From a virus (Duplodnaviria > Heunggongvirae > Uroviricota > Caudoviricetes), in the IMG/VR virus record IMGVR_UViG_2778261353_000005: a DNA stretch of 36,948 nt; one strand, written 5' to 3'. The notes below the pieces were generated by a model that was not told the origin of the DNA, searched no databases, and saw nothing but the letters and a program-made list of their open reading frames with translations. A program made the position numbers and the translations under genes. This document shows, piece by piece, positions 35,944-36,948 of this stretch; position 1 is the first letter of the stretch, and every line of letters begins with the position of its first letter.

Positions 35944-36948
35944 ATGTCGATTAAGAAGCTCGAAGATGGTCGTTATTTGCTGGACATCAGGCCGAACGGA
36001 CGCAAGGGAAAGCGCGTGCGTAAGGTATTTGACAAAAAATCGGTAGCGGTGGCCACTGAACGCTACATCATGGCGAACGCTGAAAAGCGGGAATATATAC
36101 AGGGCTACCGTGATCGTCGAACGCTAAATGATTTGCTTGAGTTGTGGTGGATGTATCACGGCCAGCACAGGCGTAAGGCGGAAGAAGACCGAAAACAACT
36201 GCGCAACATAATCAATGAGCTTGGCGCTGATATGCAGGCTGTGGATCTTGATAAGCTGAAAATTATCGCGTGGCGTTCTCAAAAGATAGCTGATGGATTG
36301 AAACCGTCATCTGCTAACAGGTACATGAATCGGTTATCCGGAATGTTTACCGTGCTGAAAAAAATAGGTCTTTGGGATGCAGAACATCCAGTAAGGGGAA
36401 TTTCTATTCTTTATGTATCTCCACGAGAAATGGCGTTCCTGTCACAGAAGGAAGTGGCGCTATTGCTCGATACACTGGAGGGCGACTACTGGCGTGTTGC
36501 GCTTTTGTGTTTAAGCACAGGGGCGCGCTGGAGTGAAGCTTGTAAGCTTCGTGGTGAACAGATAGTTCATAACCGTGTAACGTTTCTTGAAACCAAAAAT
36601 GGCCGGAAGAGAACAGTGCCAATTTCGCAGGCAGTTTGTGAGGCGATCAAAACCAGAGAAACAGGCGGCTTGTTTGAGGTGAAGTACCGGGAATTCTGCC
36701 TGGCGCTGAAAAGAGTTAAGCCCGATTTACCAAAAGGCCAGGCTGCACATGTGCTGCGGCATACGTTCGCCAGCCATTTTGTGATGAACGGAGGAAACAT
36801 TATTGCGCTTCAGAAGATTCTTGGTCACGCAACCATTCAGCAAACAATGGCATATGCGCATTTTGCACCGGATTACCTGCAGGATGCGGTGGCCCTTAAT
36901 CCGCTGAAAGGTGGCGTAAGTGTCCACGCAGTGTCCACGGGGGATTAA
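35944..36948 (+). CDS. int: Tyrosine integrase (P2 Int family), complete
   Basis: Start MSIKKLEDGRY; LCLSTGARWSEA, NRVTF, RTVPIS, HVLRHTFASHF, GGNII-LQ-ILGH, MAYAHFAP-YLQDA match P2 Int. Confidence 0.9.
   Translation: MSIKKLEDGRYLLDIRPNGRKGKRVRKVFDKKSVAVATERYIMANAEKREYIQGYRDRRTLNDLLELWWMYHGQHRRKAEEDRKQLRNIINELGADMQAVDLDKLKIIAWRSQKIADGLKPSSANRYMNRLSGMFTVLKKIGLWDAEHPVRGISILYVSPREMAFLSQKEVALLLDTLEGDYWRVALLCLSTGARWSEACKLRGEQIVHNRVTFLETKNGRKRTVPISQAVCEAIKTRETGGLFEVKYREFCLALKRVKPDLPKGQAAHVLRHTFASHFVMNGGNIIALQKILGHATIQQTMAYAHFAPDYLQDAVALNPLKGGVSVHAVSTGD

Larger units (their letters stand above)
3087..36948. mobile_element. P2/186-family prophage; right boundary beyond window, left boundary near ogr
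   Basis: Contiguous syntenic set: ogr, D, tail, baseplate, lysis, head, terminase, portal, A, cox, C, int. Confidence 0.9.

Overview
The window is almost entirely a P2/186-family temperate prophage (about 3.1 kb to the right edge at 36,948), inserted next to a chromosomal gene I recognise as flk (1..996, minus strand). All calls are from reading the sequence and the supplied ORF track; no database search was run, so family names are recollection-based. Layout: Ogr-type late activator (3087..3347), gene D, tail sheath/tube/chaperone/tape-measure/U (5949..11535, plus strand), a Gin/Pin-type DNA invertase with an invertible tail-fibre segment (11571..14133), baseplate, lysis and head genes (15250..23583, minus), terminase and portal (23738..26535, plus), a cos-proximal palindrome-rich region, then replication gene A, an early operon of small genes, cox, C repressor and integrase ending at the window edge (attL is outside the window). 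Accessory cargo sits in four places: (1) an AT-rich single gene between ogr and D with a possible HEPN-like Rx4H motif; (2) a ParM/ParR partition module with parC-like repeats, plus a separately promoted 89-aa gene with a structured antisense element, at the position where P2 carries tin/old; (3) a Hok-family type I toxin gene at the ogr-side junction; (4) an AT-rich two-gene operon (zinc-ribbon membrane protein plus secreted Cys-repeat protein) between flk and the prophage. The FI-FII-E-T-U block is inverted relative to the canonical P2 late-gene order and abuts the invertase gene. Non-ORF coordinates are accurate to a few bp only.
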